This document shows positions 50,069-51,914 of a stretch of 51,914 nucleotides of DNA, in pieces. Position numbers and translations under genes: made by a program. This DNA is from Macrostomum lignano (Eukaryota), in contig NIVC01003508.1 of the NCBI GenBank assembly GCA_002269645.1, positions 1-51,914 on the forward strand, in the 5' to 3' direction. The first letter of the stretch is position 1. Every line of letters begins with the position of its first letter. Below the pieces are notes generated by a model, which was given only the letters and a program-made list of their open reading frames with translations, did not search any database and had not been told where the DNA came from.

Positions 50069-50237
50069 GCTGCTACTTATAGAACTCCTTGGCGCAATCG
50101 CTTCCCTTACTTTTTAACCACAGACAATGAAATTCTTATGGTCTCTGCTTTTAACTCAGACTTGGTTCCGAAGCGCAAAAAATAAAGCTGAAGCACTGAG
50201 CTAACGAGCTTGTGCTTCGTCTATCCCCCTACTCATA

Positions 50238-50430
50238 GGGCCGTATGCAGAAAGCCAAGTCCAGACTAGCTAGTCCGGACTTGTGTAGTTCAGTCTATAG
50301 TCTATGGTCTAGCTAGCCTAGTTCTGCTATAGTAGACTGGTCTAACTTTGCGTTTCTGCATACCAAATCCAAGTCCAGACTAGCTTTTCAAGACCGGACT
50401 ACCCTAGACAGAGCTTTCTGCATACGGCCC
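50238..50430. mobile_element. 193-bp MITE, PIF/Harbinger (Tourist)-like
   Basis: Perfect 18-bp TIR GGGCCGTATGCAGAAAGC/GCTTTCTGCATACGGCCC, flanked by a 3-bp direct repeat ATA on both sides; no ORF. Confidence 0.72.
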
Positions 50431-51552
50431 ATAGAGATCTAGAACTAGAACTAGCCACAGAACTTCTAGCACCAGTTCCACGTCGGTGACATTAATACTG
50501 GAGTACTTCAATAGGGAAACAGCTCTGAGTTTCCTATCGCTCTCAGATTACTGACGAATAGAGATGATGTAGCTGCCGCAGCTGAGCTGACTGAACATAT
50601 TTAGTCGGCTAAATCTGACATGGCCCGGCAGGTGTGTCCGCATGGCATTCGGAAAAGTGCATTTTACCTGTCCTTAGTATGAGTAAAGTCAAAGACAAAG
50701 AGCTAAGAAAAAGCAGGGAACTTGAAATCATGAAAAATGCATGCGACTCACCGCCTCAGCTCTGCCTTTGTGTGCACACACAGCTTTAGACTCAGAATTA
50801 CGATGACTAACTGGAAATTCAACGCACATTTGTACCCGTATGTTTTTGTATGATAAAAGACAATGTATAATAGTATGTGATTTTCATCCCTATATTCTCT
50901 CTCATCTCTTCCCCATTTTTTCTCACTTGCTCGCTCATACTAGGGTCCGGGTCCGAGCATCTTCACTCAAGAATTGGTATTCCAGCTGGTAGATCTAGAT
51001 TTCCTTGCCCTTAACCCACCCACATAGAGACCAAAAGGTCCCTAGATGGAGCAGTCTCAAAATAGAGAGTGAGGGAGAGAGGACCTCTGGGTTTCGCGCC
51101 AAAGGAGAAAATGTGGACCCACTCATTCGCTTTGGGCCTTGGCCTTCTGTCGTACGCTAAATAAACATTTTCCTTTTCTGTTTCCTGTCTAGACCTTCTT
51201 CTACTATTCAGGTGTCAATGAGTCATCCCATGCAAAGCAGAAGGACCAATTTCAAGCCCTCTCCCCTTATCTTCTGTGCTTTCTGCCCTACACCCTACAT
51301 GTAAAAGAGGAATTGAAAAGTGTGGGGTTGGAGTCACGCGCACATGCAAACTTGGTCAACAGGCGGAACACAAACCCCAAGCCCCCTGAGAAGAGGGGGT
51401 CCGCCTTCACTTCCAGTTAGATTAGAATTCTAGAATCTTTTGAGTCTGACTCACACATTGGGCAGGAAATTTAGAGCAAACACAGCAGTCTTGCAGGCAA
51501 GCGCTTTCACAATCCAGAATGAAGCCTTGGACCTGTACAGAAAACTATAAGC

Positions 51553-51592
51553 CTCTCTCTCCCTCTCTCTCCCTCTCTCTCCCTCTCCCTCT
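51553..51592. repeat. CT-rich microsatellite
   Basis: ctctctctccctctctctccctctctctccctctccctct. Confidence 0.85.
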
Positions 51593-51914
51593 CGGCCAAT
51601 CTGGATTGCCCACATATGCCCCGGAGTCCAGCAACCCCTGTGCATGCACAAGCGGCCTTTCTATACACTATATCAGCACACGCGCTGCTCGGCAGTCGTG
51701 GTCGTCTCTCCCTCACCATGGCTTTTAGACGGCTGAAATTCTTTAAATTCTATACGAACGGTTCTGTTTTGGTGAGTTTAAACGCACAGCTTGTTATTGT
51801 TGATGCTTCGGCATTGACAGCAACTAGCGGAGTAAGTTAAAAACTTAATTTGAACCGGTATGTACTATGTATTATTTTAATGTAATGCCATTAGTTTCAT
51901 AGATTTTATGGATT

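Noticed and set aside
50990-51430. Possible second solo LTR (AATAAA followed by a T-rich tract near 51160)
   Set aside because: I could not identify matching TG..CA termini with a target-site duplication.

Overview
Eukaryotic (animal) genomic DNA, not prokaryotic. GC-rich codons with Ala/Ser/Gln runs, minisatellite-filled introns and closely spaced co-oriented housekeeping genes suggest a free-living flatworm such as Macrostomum (inference, not verified). Five plus-strand protein genes are supported: a NOS1AP/CAPON-like PTB adaptor (one coding exon, with an unresolved start), DNAJC22/wurst (4 exons), mitochondrial ribosomal protein mL38 (4 exons), eIF3j and Tim13. The last four look like a polycistronic, trans-spliced operon. 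About 23 kb (~44% by my summed array coordinates) is tandem repeat from roughly 20 different unit families of 17-77 bp, including a 7.3-kb 40-bp satellite. Most entries in the ORF track are translations of these repeats or shadow frames. Features hidden in the non-coding DNA: four U16/SNORD16-like C/D box snoRNA copies in a single mL38 intron, a 787-bp solo LTR with a CATG target-site duplication inside an intronic minisatellite, a 193-bp MITE and a ~420-bp foldback element. No CRISPR array, rRNA gene or intact tRNA gene was found. All homology calls come from recalled family motifs, not database searches.
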